Virus record (IMG/VR): IMGVR_UViG_3300028400_000006
Coordinates: 1,269-65,268 of that record
Length of the DNA: 64,000 nt
Reading direction: 5' to 3' (one strand)
Source: a virus
Lineage: Duplodnaviria > Caudoviricetes
Part shown: one piece after another, positions 7,613-15,695 of the stretch
Layout of the letters: every line of letters begins with the position of its first letter
Position numbering within the stretch: position 1 is the first letter of the stretch
Notes under the pieces: model-generated
Database searches by the model: none
What the model was told of the DNA's origin: nothing
The model's input: only the letters and a program-made list of their open reading frames with translations
Made by a program: the position numbers and the translations under genes

Positions 7613-8625
7613 AAAGGACGCTGAAGGCCCTGAAGACTTACTGCTACAAAGAGTGGCGGCGGTCGCCGGAGATGGCCACCGTGCGCGTCGTCAACCCCGG
7701 CGAACTGCAATTCTGCGATGGTCGCATCGACGTGCATCTATACAGGAAAGGGGTGCAGGGGCCGCAGGACAAGGCCGCGCCGCTGGAGCCGCTGATGAAA
7801 GGCTTCGATAAGCTCGACATTGATGACGAAGGTGAAGCCTTCATCGAGGGAGACGATATGGCTCTGCTGGTTGAGGCAGAGCAGTGGCATGGCCAGGAGC
7901 TGAAGGTGGGGCCGTGGGACGACGCCCACGCCATCACCGACACGCGCTGGATGAAGGCGGCGGTGGAGATGCTAGCGCCGGCGATGGCGAACGAGGAAGC
8001 GCGCTATTATCTCAACGCCATCGCCATCGACGACCATGACATCGTGGCCGTCAACGGGCGCATCCTGGCGACGCTGGCGACGCCGGTGAAGCTGTATGAC
8101 AACGTGAAGCCGTTCCTCATCTGGCGCAACGCGGTGCCGGTCATCAAAGCGATGATCAATGACTTCGACCTACCCGAAGCGGTCTTCTACGACATGACCG
8201 ACAACAACATGTGCCTCGTGTTCGACGGAGCGGAGCTAACCATCCGCACCATCGAGAACCACCACTATCCCGATTGGCGTCGAGTCATTCCTTATGACGC
8301 CCCACTCCGGGGGAAAGTGCAGGCGGATGTTTTCGTGAAAGCGTGCCGCCAGTTAAAGAAAATGGGCGCCCGCTCCGTGACGTGGGCGAACGGCCGCCTC
8401 ATGGCGCGTTTACCTGAAGGCAAGATCAGTGTTGATATGTCGGGTATTCGAGATGATGCACTCATTCGCCTGGTCCCGGAAGAGGCCATTGCTCTGCTGG
8501 CGCCGCTGAAGAAGCGCACGGTGCGGCTCTATCAGAAAGACCCATCGTCGCCGATACGGTTCGAGGTGATGGAGCCGGTGGAGGCCGGCAAGTGGACGGG
8601 CGTTGCCATGCCTGCCCGCTTTTGA
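7609..8625 (+). CDS. dnaN: DNA polymerase III beta sliding-clamp-like protein
   Basis: AMANEEARYYLNAI, IVAVNGRILA and YPDWRRVIP correspond to DnaN signatures (ETRYYLNG, ATDGHRL, FPDYxRVIP). Confidence 0.75.
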   Translation: MKRTLKALKTYCYKEWRRSPEMATVRVVNPGELQFCDGRIDVHLYRKGVQGPQDKAAPLEPLMKGFDKLDIDDEGEAFIEGDDMALLVEAEQWHGQELKVGPWDDAHAITDTRWMKAAVEMLAPAMANEEARYYLNAIAIDDHDIVAVNGRILATLATPVKLYDNVKPFLIWRNAVPVIKAMINDFDLPEAVFYDMTDNNMCLVFDGAELTIRTIENHHYPDWRRVIPYDAPLRGKVQADVFVKACRQLKKMGARSVTWANGRLMARLPEGKISVDMSGIRDDALIRLVPEEAIALLAPLKKRTVRLYQKDPSSPIRFEVMEPVEAGKWTGVAMPARF

Positions 8626-8626
8626 C

Positions 8627-8642
8627 GTTACATCGGAGTAAC
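8627..8642. promoter_or_regulatory. 16-bp palindromic motif, copy 8 (GTTACATCGGAGTAAC)
   Basis: Fills the gap between the dnaN-like stop and ATG 8646; contains the GGAG RBS. Confidence 0.75.
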
Positions 8643-8645
8643 GCC

Positions 8646-8963
8646 ATGATCTGGGGTGAGCGGTTCGAGCTTTTTCACCAGCTACATATGACCAGGCGTA
8701 TGCTGCGCCGTATACAATGCCATGCGCAGCTGGTACCGGAATTACTGTTGGCGTATCGTCTGCTATGTTTACATCTACAACGGGCGGACCTGACGACATC
8801 TCTATGCCAGATCGCCATAGTAAACGTGCGCCTTAAGGTGCTGATCTTGATGAACAATTGTAAATTGCTGGATACGCTTCCTACGCATAGGCCCCTGCTG
8901 GCGCGTCGCTTGTCCGAAGCGGCGAGGGAAGTTGTGGGCGACATAAGGGAGGCATTCGCATGA
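8646..8963 (+). CDS. Small Leu/Arg-rich helical protein
   Basis: ATG after motif copy 8; weak similarity to the three following ORFs. Confidence 0.65.
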   Translation: MIWGERFELFHQLHMTRRMLRRIQCHAQLVPELLLAYRLLCLHLQRADLTTSLCQIAIVNVRLKVLILMNNCKLLDTLPTHRPLLARRLSEAAREVVGDIREAFA

Positions 8964-9007
8964 AGAAGACCTTTGAATTGCATAGGCGCTAAAGTAGGTG
9001 AGGAGAG

Positions 9008-9322
9008 ATGATGGGACCACATGAGTATCAGAGACGGCAGCGGGAGTGGCTGTCGCCGCATGCGCTGCTGCACTACGACCGGCGCCGCCTGCGGCGCATG
9101 AATGACCCAGTGTCCCGGCTGACCCATGCGCTCTTGTGCGATGTGTTGAAGCGGGTTTCGCCGATGGTGTTGCCGTCGTCGCTACTCTATACGCTACGGG
9201 TGATGTCCATGTTTTCGGGCGCTATACGCGGCGCCACGTATATCATACCCGTTGAACGCCGCCTGTATAACCTGGAAGCCCTGCGGCATAATGCCAGGAA
9301 AGTGCTGAAGGAGGTGCGATGA
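9008..9322 (+). CDS. Small Leu/Arg-rich helical protein
   Basis: GAGGAG RBS. Confidence 0.65.
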   Translation: MMGPHEYQRRQREWLSPHALLHYDRRRLRRMNDPVSRLTHALLCDVLKRVSPMVLPSSLLYTLRVMSMFSGAIRGATYIIPVERRLYNLEALRHNARKVLKEVR

Positions 9323-9323
9323 A

Positions 9324-9617
9324 GTGATGTGTAGTGAAGATGCAAGCATGAAGGCGGTGAAGGTTTTGCGTGAGGCAGCGCAGCGGTTGCGCGCGCGTGG
9401 CGAGGCGAAGCTGGCGGCGCAAGTGTCGCTGGCGGCGCGAGCGGTGGAGCTGTTACCTGCGGACGCGTGGGACTCTCCAACTCTGGCGGAGCTTTGGTTT
9501 GCGGTGACTATGGTGAAGGCGCTCGCACATGGTCGGCGCCCATCCGGAGTGTCGTTGCATTTAACTACAGTGCTAAACCTTGTGCGGCGGGTTCAAGATG
9601 AAGAGTTACCGGGTTAA
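9324..9617 (+). CDS. Small helical protein (paralog of 9598..9879)
   Basis: LREAAQRLRARGEAKLAAQVSLAARAVEL aligns with the next ORF. Confidence 0.7.
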   Translation: MMCSEDASMKAVKVLREAAQRLRARGEAKLAAQVSLAARAVELLPADAWDSPTLAELWFAVTMVKALAHGRRPSGVSLHLTTVLNLVRRVQDEELPG

Positions 9618-9879
9618 TCGGGAAACGGTTTTACGCACCCTACGTAGGGGTTGCGAGCGTTTGAAGCGTATGGGGGAGGATCGTTTGGTGGCACAGCTGA
9701 TGTTAGCTATCCGCACCCTTGAATTGACTGATGAGGACGCCTTTCCGTATTTCGAATGGAGTGATCTTGTCTTTACCACTTCGATGTTTGAGGTGGCGAT
9801 GAATGCGGAACTTCCGGGCCAAGTTATAGAAAGTGCACGGCATATATGCCTTGTGGTTGAGCGTGTTACAGCGAAGTAA
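9598..9879 (+). CDS. Small helical protein (paralog of 9324..9617)
   Basis: LRRGCERLKRMGEDRLVAQLMLAIRTLEL; stop codon lies inside motif copy 9. Confidence 0.7.
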   Translation: MKSYRVNRETVLRTLRRGCERLKRMGEDRLVAQLMLAIRTLELTDEDAFPYFEWSDLVFTTSMFEVAMNAELPGQVIESARHICLVVERVTAK

Positions 9880-9880
9880 C
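9865..9880. promoter_or_regulatory. 16-bp palindromic motif, copy 9 (GTTACAGCGAAGTAAC)
   Basis: Contains the TAA stop and abuts the GGAGG RBS, the same arrangement as copy 5. Confidence 0.75.
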
Positions 9881-9884
9881 GGAG

Positions 9885-10337
9885 GTGGTGATGCTGGAGG
9901 AAGTGATGGGGCGGATAGTGGAAGACCAGCTTCTCTCCCCACATGAAAAACAAAAACTGCTTGCGAAGACACAACTGGCGGCGCAAGCGTTGAAGCAGGC
10001 AGGTAGGCTGTCCGACAAACAACAAAGGATGGTGCGGCGCCTGGTTATACTGATAACCACCGCCATGGACGCCCTTGATATTGTCACGGCAAATGCGGCC
10101 TTATCGGAAATTGTTCGAGTAGCCAACGGTGCCGAGTGGCGACAGTATAAGGGCTACTCTACACAATCAGTAATCCAACACACTGTATGGGAATTGGAAG
10201 CGCCGAATAAGAAACTGGCTGAAGCCTTCCTGTATTATGAGTTCGATGGCGCTGATGAAGAACTGGCGAGGCGTCTCGGAGAAGAGCTGTATGCCGAAGA
10301 CGCTGATGTTGACCTTGAAGTGGAGGGGGTGGAGTGA
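9885..10337 (+). CDS. Hypothetical protein with acidic C-terminus
   Basis: GGAGG RBS; the start may be ATG 9891. Confidence 0.7.
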   Translation: MVMLEEVMGRIVEDQLLSPHEKQKLLAKTQLAAQALKQAGRLSDKQQRMVRRLVILITTAMDALDIVTANAALSEIVRVANGAEWRQYKGYSTQSVIQHTVWELEAPNKKLAEAFLYYEFDGADEELARRLGEELYAEDADVDLEVEGVE

Positions 10338-10678
10338 TGAGGGACGTGATCGCAGCCTTGAAGAAGCTTGACTTACCTGCCCATGAGCGGCTGGCGCTGG
10401 AGTATATCGATGACGTGGTAATTGACACAGATGACATTGAGGATGTCATTCGAGAACTGGAGGAGACGGACATTGCTGCCGGCTCTGGCATCGCTTCGGA
10501 CTTGATGTTCACAGACAAGGTTTACGAGTGGGTGCGAGAACATGTTGAAGCTTTTGACGAAGTTATCAGAAGTGGGCTGTTGGAAGGATATGGATACCGA
10601 AGCCTTGTGACGGTGGTGTGGGTTATTATCGAACTCGGTGCGCGGGACCTGGCGGCGCGGTTGAGGGGTGAGCTATGA
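10334..10678 (+). CDS. Acidic helical protein, possible DNA mimic
   Basis: D/E-rich; GSGIASDLMF...W..EH.E.FDE...VW..IE pattern resembles a common phage early-gene family. Confidence 0.55.
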   Translation: MMRDVIAALKKLDLPAHERLALEYIDDVVIDTDDIEDVIRELEETDIAAGSGIASDLMFTDKVYEWVREHVEAFDEVIRSGLLEGYGYRSLVTVVWVIIELGARDLAARLRGEL

Positions 10679-11709
10679 AGTCGTTCACGTCGTTGGCGGT
10701 GCGGTTCCTCTCCGGCGAAACGGAAGGGCGATACAAACACTACCACATCGAAGGCGACTGGCTGGCCTCGCATCAGCAAAGCGAGAGTTACCCTCTTGCT
10801 TATCGTCCCACTTTTCGGCGTGTGTTTGTCGCCTATCCCCATGAACGTGTGAGCAGGGCCTATCACATCTTGCTGGACCTTGCGCGGGCGAAACCTTCTT
10901 TGCGGCTGCATCTCGCCAATGCTTCCTTGTTGGCTGGCGGTTATTCGCTGGCGCAGAGGGGCGCCCTTCCTGCCTTTGGCGCAGGGCGGGAGATGCTTTT
11001 GAAGGCGGCCCTGCTGGAGATAGGGGACAAGATCACGGACATTATCACAGCTTCCTCTTACTCCACGCTTTACCTGCTAGACACGTTTTGCGGCGAGCCC
11101 ATGCGAGAAGAGCTAATAAAGCGTTGGCGCTGGGGTGGGTGGGAAGTGGTCTTGCCTGGTCGATTGGTGTCGGGGATCAAGACCATGCTGATGGAAGACC
11201 TTAACCGGCGCTGGAAACGTTTTACGCCTGAAGATGGCGTAGAGGTGGCGCTTCGCTTACTGCATCTGGCGGCGCATGCGCAGAAAGTGCGGCATCGCGC
11301 CATGGAGTGGCTGCGGCGCAAGAGCAAACGTAAGCTCCTTCTGGTCGGCAGGAACGGCGAGTACGCCACTCTGCGGCTGAATGACGTGGAGTTGCCTCCG
11401 ATTTATAACACTACCACGATCAAAAGGTTTTACCGCCGCGCAGCGCTGGTGGTGCAGGCGGCGCTTCGGGAAGCGCTACGCCGGCAGGACTGGAAGGCGG
11501 GTGTGTTTGTTCAGCTTGCGTGGATGGCGGGGGGCAGCGCGGCGTATATCGACGCTGTTTCTCGCCCGAAAGAGCAGCGCGGGTCTGCGTTTCGTGACTG
11601 GCTGTATTGGCTGACACATGTTGATCTGTCAGCCAAAGAGGCAGCCACCGTGTTGAAAGTGGTTGAGCTGCATCGAAAGATGCAAATCCAGCAAAATGGA
11701 GGTGCGTGA
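10675..11709 (+). CDS. Hypothetical protein coupled upstream of the AAA+ ATPase
   Basis: 344-aa ORF with overlapping start and stop codons at both ends. Confidence 0.7.
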   Translation: MKSFTSLAVRFLSGETEGRYKHYHIEGDWLASHQQSESYPLAYRPTFRRVFVAYPHERVSRAYHILLDLARAKPSLRLHLANASLLAGGYSLAQRGALPAFGAGREMLLKAALLEIGDKITDIITASSYSTLYLLDTFCGEPMREELIKRWRWGGWEVVLPGRLVSGIKTMLMEDLNRRWKRFTPEDGVEVALRLLHLAAHAQKVRHRAMEWLRRKSKRKLLLVGRNGEYATLRLNDVELPPIYNTTTIKRFYRRAALVVQAALREALRRQDWKAGVFVQLAWMAGGSAAYIDAVSRPKEQRGSAFRDWLYWLTHVDLSAKEAATVLKVVELHRKMQIQQNGGA

Positions 11710-12806
11710 TGGAACAAGCGATGAACAAGGTGACGGTGGGTGGTCTGAAGAAGTTCGTGAAGCTGTCGGTGGATACCGGCCATGCGCTGTTTGTGCACGG
11801 CACGTTTGGTGTCGGCAAAACCGAGATTGTTGGCAGCACCCTGCGGGAGCTTGGCTACGAGCCGGTGGACTGGTTCCGGGCGTCGTCCATGTCTCCGGAC
11901 ACGCTGGCCGGCGTGCCCTACGTGGTCGGTGAAAAGCTCGCCCGCGCCGTGCCGGAAATTGTCGACGCATGCCAGCGCGTGGCGGCGCAGGGCAAGCGGC
12001 CGGCGCTGGTGATGGATGAGATGAACATCGCCACACCGTCAATGCTCGGCGCCATGCTGCAGCTGCTGCGCGAGAAGCAGCTGGCCGGGTTCCACTTGCC
12101 TGACAGCACGCCGGTGATTGGTATGGGCAACCTGGCCACGGATGGCTCCATCGTCCATGAGTTGCCCCTGCCGGCGGCCAACCGTATGATGCATGTGGTG
12201 TTCACCGGCCCGACCTTCGAGGAATGGGAGCGTTGGGCCGGCGGCGCGGGCATTCATCCGGCGGTGATGAACACGCTGCGGGAACAACCGCACCTGCTCA
12301 ATGAACGGGCGTCGTTGGAGGACCCGACGGCAGGTATCGGACGTATCGTGTGGGGCACGCCACGCACGTGGGCGATGCTGTCGGATCTGCTGAAGGCTGC
12401 GAAACGGGAGGATTACATGACCGTCGCCGCCAGCGTCGTCGGCGACGCCTGCGCCGTGGCGCTGGAGACGTCGCTGCAGGGGTTTTTCGAGACGGTATCC
12501 TTGAATGAAGTGCTGCGCTCGCCGGAGACGACACCGGTGCCGAACGTGGAGCATCCTGGCCATTGCTACATGCAGATGCTGCGGTTGCTGCAGGAGCTGG
12601 AAGCGATGAATGGCGTCGACATGCGCCGCCAGGCAGCGGATAAGCTGACTATTTATCTGAAGCGGATGGATCGTTCGTGGGTGGCGGCGGCGCTGGCGCT
12701 GGTATATCGCTCTATGCCGAAGGCCATGCAGGCGCTGTTTGATGGTCAGGCGGTGATGGAGCTGGGCCTGGAGGAGATCGGCGACGTGGTGATGAGCCTG
12801 GATTGA
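11706..12806 (+). CDS. AAA+ ATPase (MoxR/dynein-related type)
   Basis: Walker A GTFGVGKT, Walker B LVMDE, GMGN sensor, PAANRMMH Arg finger, TPRTW. Confidence 0.9.
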   Translation: MMEQAMNKVTVGGLKKFVKLSVDTGHALFVHGTFGVGKTEIVGSTLRELGYEPVDWFRASSMSPDTLAGVPYVVGEKLARAVPEIVDACQRVAAQGKRPALVMDEMNIATPSMLGAMLQLLREKQLAGFHLPDSTPVIGMGNLATDGSIVHELPLPAANRMMHVVFTGPTFEEWERWAGGAGIHPAVMNTLREQPHLLNERASLEDPTAGIGRIVWGTPRTWAMLSDLLKAAKREDYMTVAASVVGDACAVALETSLQGFFETVSLNEVLRSPETTPVPNVEHPGHCYMQMLRLLQELEAMNGVDMRRQAADKLTIYLKRMDRSWVAAALALVYRSMPKAMQALFDGQAVMELGLEEIGDVVMSLD

Positions 12807-12810
12807 GGAG

Positions 12811-14001
12811 GTGGTGATGAAGAACGTCAATCGCGCCCTGTCGCGCATGGTCACGCGTATGCCGCTGCATGCGCAGTTTCTCCTGCGTTATCCCGTGAAA
12901 GAGTTGCCGGGCATCGGCACGGCAGGTGTCGGGCTGGACCGGCGCCGCCGCATGCCGGTGATTCTTGTCGACCCAGAGTTCATGGAACCGCTGTCGGAAG
13001 AAGAGTGCATGTTTGTGCTGGCGCATGAAGTGGAGCACCTGATGCGGCAGCATGTCTACGACCGCATGGAAGGGAAGGACAAGTGGCTGTGGAACCTCGC
13101 CACGGATTACGTCATCAACTCGGCGCTGGTGTCCTATGATCTGCCATCGCCGGTGCCGATACATGACGTTCTGAAGGATCGTCAGCTGCCGATGGGTGCC
13201 TGTGTTGGGTGCCCGGGCGGTAGCGTGCGGCTCATCGAAGAGGAGGTTTACAAGCAATTGTTGGAAGATCCGCCGCAGAGCGAAGGTGGCGTTGGTGGTT
13301 TCGATGACCACGATCTATGGGGGGAGATTGATGCTCTTCCCGAAGGTGAGCGACAGGAAGTGCGGCGACGCATGGAGGCCGTGGCTAGGGCGGCGTGGCA
13401 GGCGGCGCCAGAGAAGGCGCGTGGCAACGCGCCGGCGGCGCTACGGCGTCTTATTGAGTCGAAGGTTGAGGCCAAGGTGCCATGGCAACAGTTGTTGTCC
13501 CGTGTCGTAGCCGAGGTGTCCGCTGGCATCGAGGACTGGCGCTATTCGCGGCCAAATCTGCCGGCGCTGGCGCGGGATTGTTCCGTTATCATGCCAGGCC
13601 GGGTGCATTATGGTGTCAATCGGCTGGCCTTCGTCGTCGACACCTCCGGCTCCATGGGTAGCCACGAGCTTGGGCAGGCGGCGGCGGAGTTGGCGACGCT
13701 GGCGAAGCTGCGGAGCTTTAACGAGGTGGTTCTGATTGAGGTGGATATGGAGGTACATGCCTCCGAAGCCCTGCGTCCGGAACAGCTGGCGGAGCGCTGT
13801 CAGCAGATCGAGTTCCGGGGCGGGGGTGGCACCGCCATGCAGCCGGGTCTGGACGCTGCCTACGAGGCAAAGGTGGGCTTGACAGTGGTCTTCACGGATG
13901 GCTATTGTGAAGACCACGTGCAAGAGCATGGCCCGACCGTGTGGTTGACAACGACGGGGAAAGCTCCGCAGGGGGTGCGGTCTATCAGAGTGGAGGTATG
14001 A
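12811..14001 (+). CDS. DUF2201-type metallopeptidase plus vWA domain protein
   Basis: LAHEVEH (HExxH), WNLATDYVIN, MIDAS VDTSGSM, GGGGT, VFTDGY. Confidence 0.9.
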   Translation: MVMKNVNRALSRMVTRMPLHAQFLLRYPVKELPGIGTAGVGLDRRRRMPVILVDPEFMEPLSEEECMFVLAHEVEHLMRQHVYDRMEGKDKWLWNLATDYVINSALVSYDLPSPVPIHDVLKDRQLPMGACVGCPGGSVRLIEEEVYKQLLEDPPQSEGGVGGFDDHDLWGEIDALPEGERQEVRRRMEAVARAAWQAAPEKARGNAPAALRRLIESKVEAKVPWQQLLSRVVAEVSAGIEDWRYSRPNLPALARDCSVIMPGRVHYGVNRLAFVVDTSGSMGSHELGQAAAELATLAKLRSFNEVVLIEVDMEVHASEALRPEQLAERCQQIEFRGGGGTAMQPGLDAAYEAKVGLTVVFTDGYCEDHVQEHGPTVWLTTTGKAPQGVRSIRVEV

Positions 14002-14094
14002 GAAGATGAATTGAAGGGTGGTGAGGCTGCAGGCGGAAGTTCGATCCATCAATGCTGCTTGCGCTACTATCCAGAAAGATCAGGAGCGGATCAA

Positions 14095-14520
14095 ATGACC
14101 AGAGAAGAGGCGCTAGAGATCGAAAGGAAGCTGCAGGAGGCTGGCTCTATCTCGGCGTTGGCGGGTGTGCTTGGCGTATCACGCACAACTGCCCACCAAC
14201 GTCGACGCCTGGCTGAAGCTGTGCTTGGCCGTTCCTTGGTGTCGCCGGTGCGCGGTGCGACAAAAGCTGCTCTGGCGAAGGCGATTGCGGAGGCGGTGGT
14301 GGAGGGCCGCATTGGTCCCTGGTTTGGGGATGTGGCGAAAGAGTATGATAGCCACGAGCGTTGGGTGCGTGATATAGCCTCCCGTGCCGGCATCAAGCGC
14401 AGGTGTGTGTATCTGCCAGAAGAAGTATCTGACGCTGCGCTTAGAAATGCTATTCGGGATCTCATCCGTTACACCGGTGTAACTGAAGCGAAATTGGTGC
14501 GGCGCATGGAGGGCACGTGA
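14095..14520 (+). CDS. Helix-turn-helix DNA-binding protein
   Basis: AGSISALAGVLGVSRTTAHQR is an HTH signature; a second HTH-like segment FGDVAKEYDSHERWVRDIA; AGGAG RBS. Confidence 0.7.
   Translation: MTREEALEIERKLQEAGSISALAGVLGVSRTTAHQRRRLAEAVLGRSLVSPVRGATKAALAKAIAEAVVEGRIGPWFGDVAKEYDSHERWVRDIASRAGIKRRCVYLPEEVSDAALRNAIRDLIRYTGVTEAKLVRRMEGT
14468..14483. promoter_or_regulatory. 16-bp palindromic motif, copy 10 (perfect palindrome GTTACACCGGTGTAAC)
   Basis: Inside the 3' end of the HTH gene. Confidence 0.75.
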
Positions 14521-14756
14521 TGCTTTACTGGGATGGTGATGTGATCTGCTATCGGCGCGGGCGAGAAACGATCAGGTTTCCGAAAGAAGCGTCAGATATG
14601 CTAATTGATATGCTCCGACGCATGTGCGACATCTCTGGTAACTGCCAGGCTATGTTGGATTGGGTACTGGAAAATGGCGAGGTGGATCCAACCAGCAGGT
14701 CTATGCTGGTGGATGTGCAGGGTGCGCTAAAAGAAATAGAGGAGGTGTTGCCTTGA
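14517..14756 (+). CDS. Hypothetical protein
   Basis: GGAGG RBS with overlapping start and stop codons. Confidence 0.65.
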   Translation: MMLYWDGDVICYRRGRETIRFPKEASDMLIDMLRRMCDISGNCQAMLDWVLENGEVDPTSRSMLVDVQGALKEIEEVLP

Positions 14757-15313
14757 ATCCGGCGGAGGTGATGAAGGTGGTGCCGTATGCTTTGGCTAAC
14801 AGGGATTTGCATGTAACAAACGAGGGTTGGGCTTGTACTCCTCTTGGGGAGAGCTTTATTGAACTTCCTGTGGGGAAGAAAATTGGCCTTTTTGACGTCG
14901 GTGTTGTTGTTCGTGGCATATGGGTGCAGTCATCGTGGGGTAGCAGTTTACAACTTCGTCCTTCTTGGGCGTCGTGGCGCCATATTCAGTTAGATGGACA
15001 AACACACCGATTGGTGTTTGCTGTTCCTGATGATGATACTCTTGTTCGGAAAGTGGCTTATTTTCATTACTATGAAAATATACTTTCGTATGACGATGGT
15101 GCAGCCCCATTGGTTTTATATCCTATTCATTCAGCACCTACAGCGCTTATTAGTCAGGCGTACCGTCAAAGTTGGCGGCAAGTATGTCGATTAAAAGAGT
15201 TGACTTCTGGCACGTCACTTTCGCGTGTATCCCTGATCCACCTGCATGCTGTTCGCCTGGCCTTGAAAGAACGTTTGCAACTGTTGAAGGAGAGGCTCGA
15301 TGCAGCGGCCTAG
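14753..15313 (+). CDS. Hypothetical protein with lower GC
   Basis: GAGGAGG RBS before TTG 14753. Confidence 0.6.
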   Translation: MNPAEVMKVVPYALANRDLHVTNEGWACTPLGESFIELPVGKKIGLFDVGVVVRGIWVQSSWGSSLQLRPSWASWRHIQLDGQTHRLVFAVPDDDTLVRKVAYFHYYENILSYDDGAAPLVLYPIHSAPTALISQAYRQSWRQVCRLKELTSGTSLSRVSLIHLHAVRLALKERLQLLKERLDAAA

Positions 15314-15695
15314 GCTAATAGACGCCGGCGTAGTTATGCAGGCAGGGCGAGTAATCGAAGAGTTTTTGTCGCAGGTTCCGGAGGCGAAGCTATTTCTCAC
15401 GCCACCGGATACGTCGGTGGAGCTGTTTCAGCGGCGCGCGCGTATACCAGAGATCGCAAAGCAGGTTCATGACGTAAAAGGTAAGCAACGTCTGTCCGCT
15501 GCCTTACAAGTGGCGTCCTTCGTTCACGCCCAGAAGTTTGGCAAAGCGACCGCCGCTGATGAAGTGCGGGTGGCGAACCAGTGGGCGCTGGTCGATGAAG
15601 GCATGAAGTATAAGCTCAATGCCTACAAAGATTGGTTTCAGCGCATGCAGGATAGCCGTGAGCTCAAGGAAATGCAGCAGTGGGGGTGGGAGTGA
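15300..15695 (+). CDS. Hypothetical protein
   Basis: GGAGAGG RBS; coupled to the DNA polymerase gene. Confidence 0.65.
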   Translation: MQRPRLIDAGVVMQAGRVIEEFLSQVPEAKLFLTPPDTSVELFQRRARIPEIAKQVHDVKGKQRLSAALQVASFVHAQKFGKATAADEVRVANQWALVDEGMKYKLNAYKDWFQRMQDSRELKEMQQWGWE

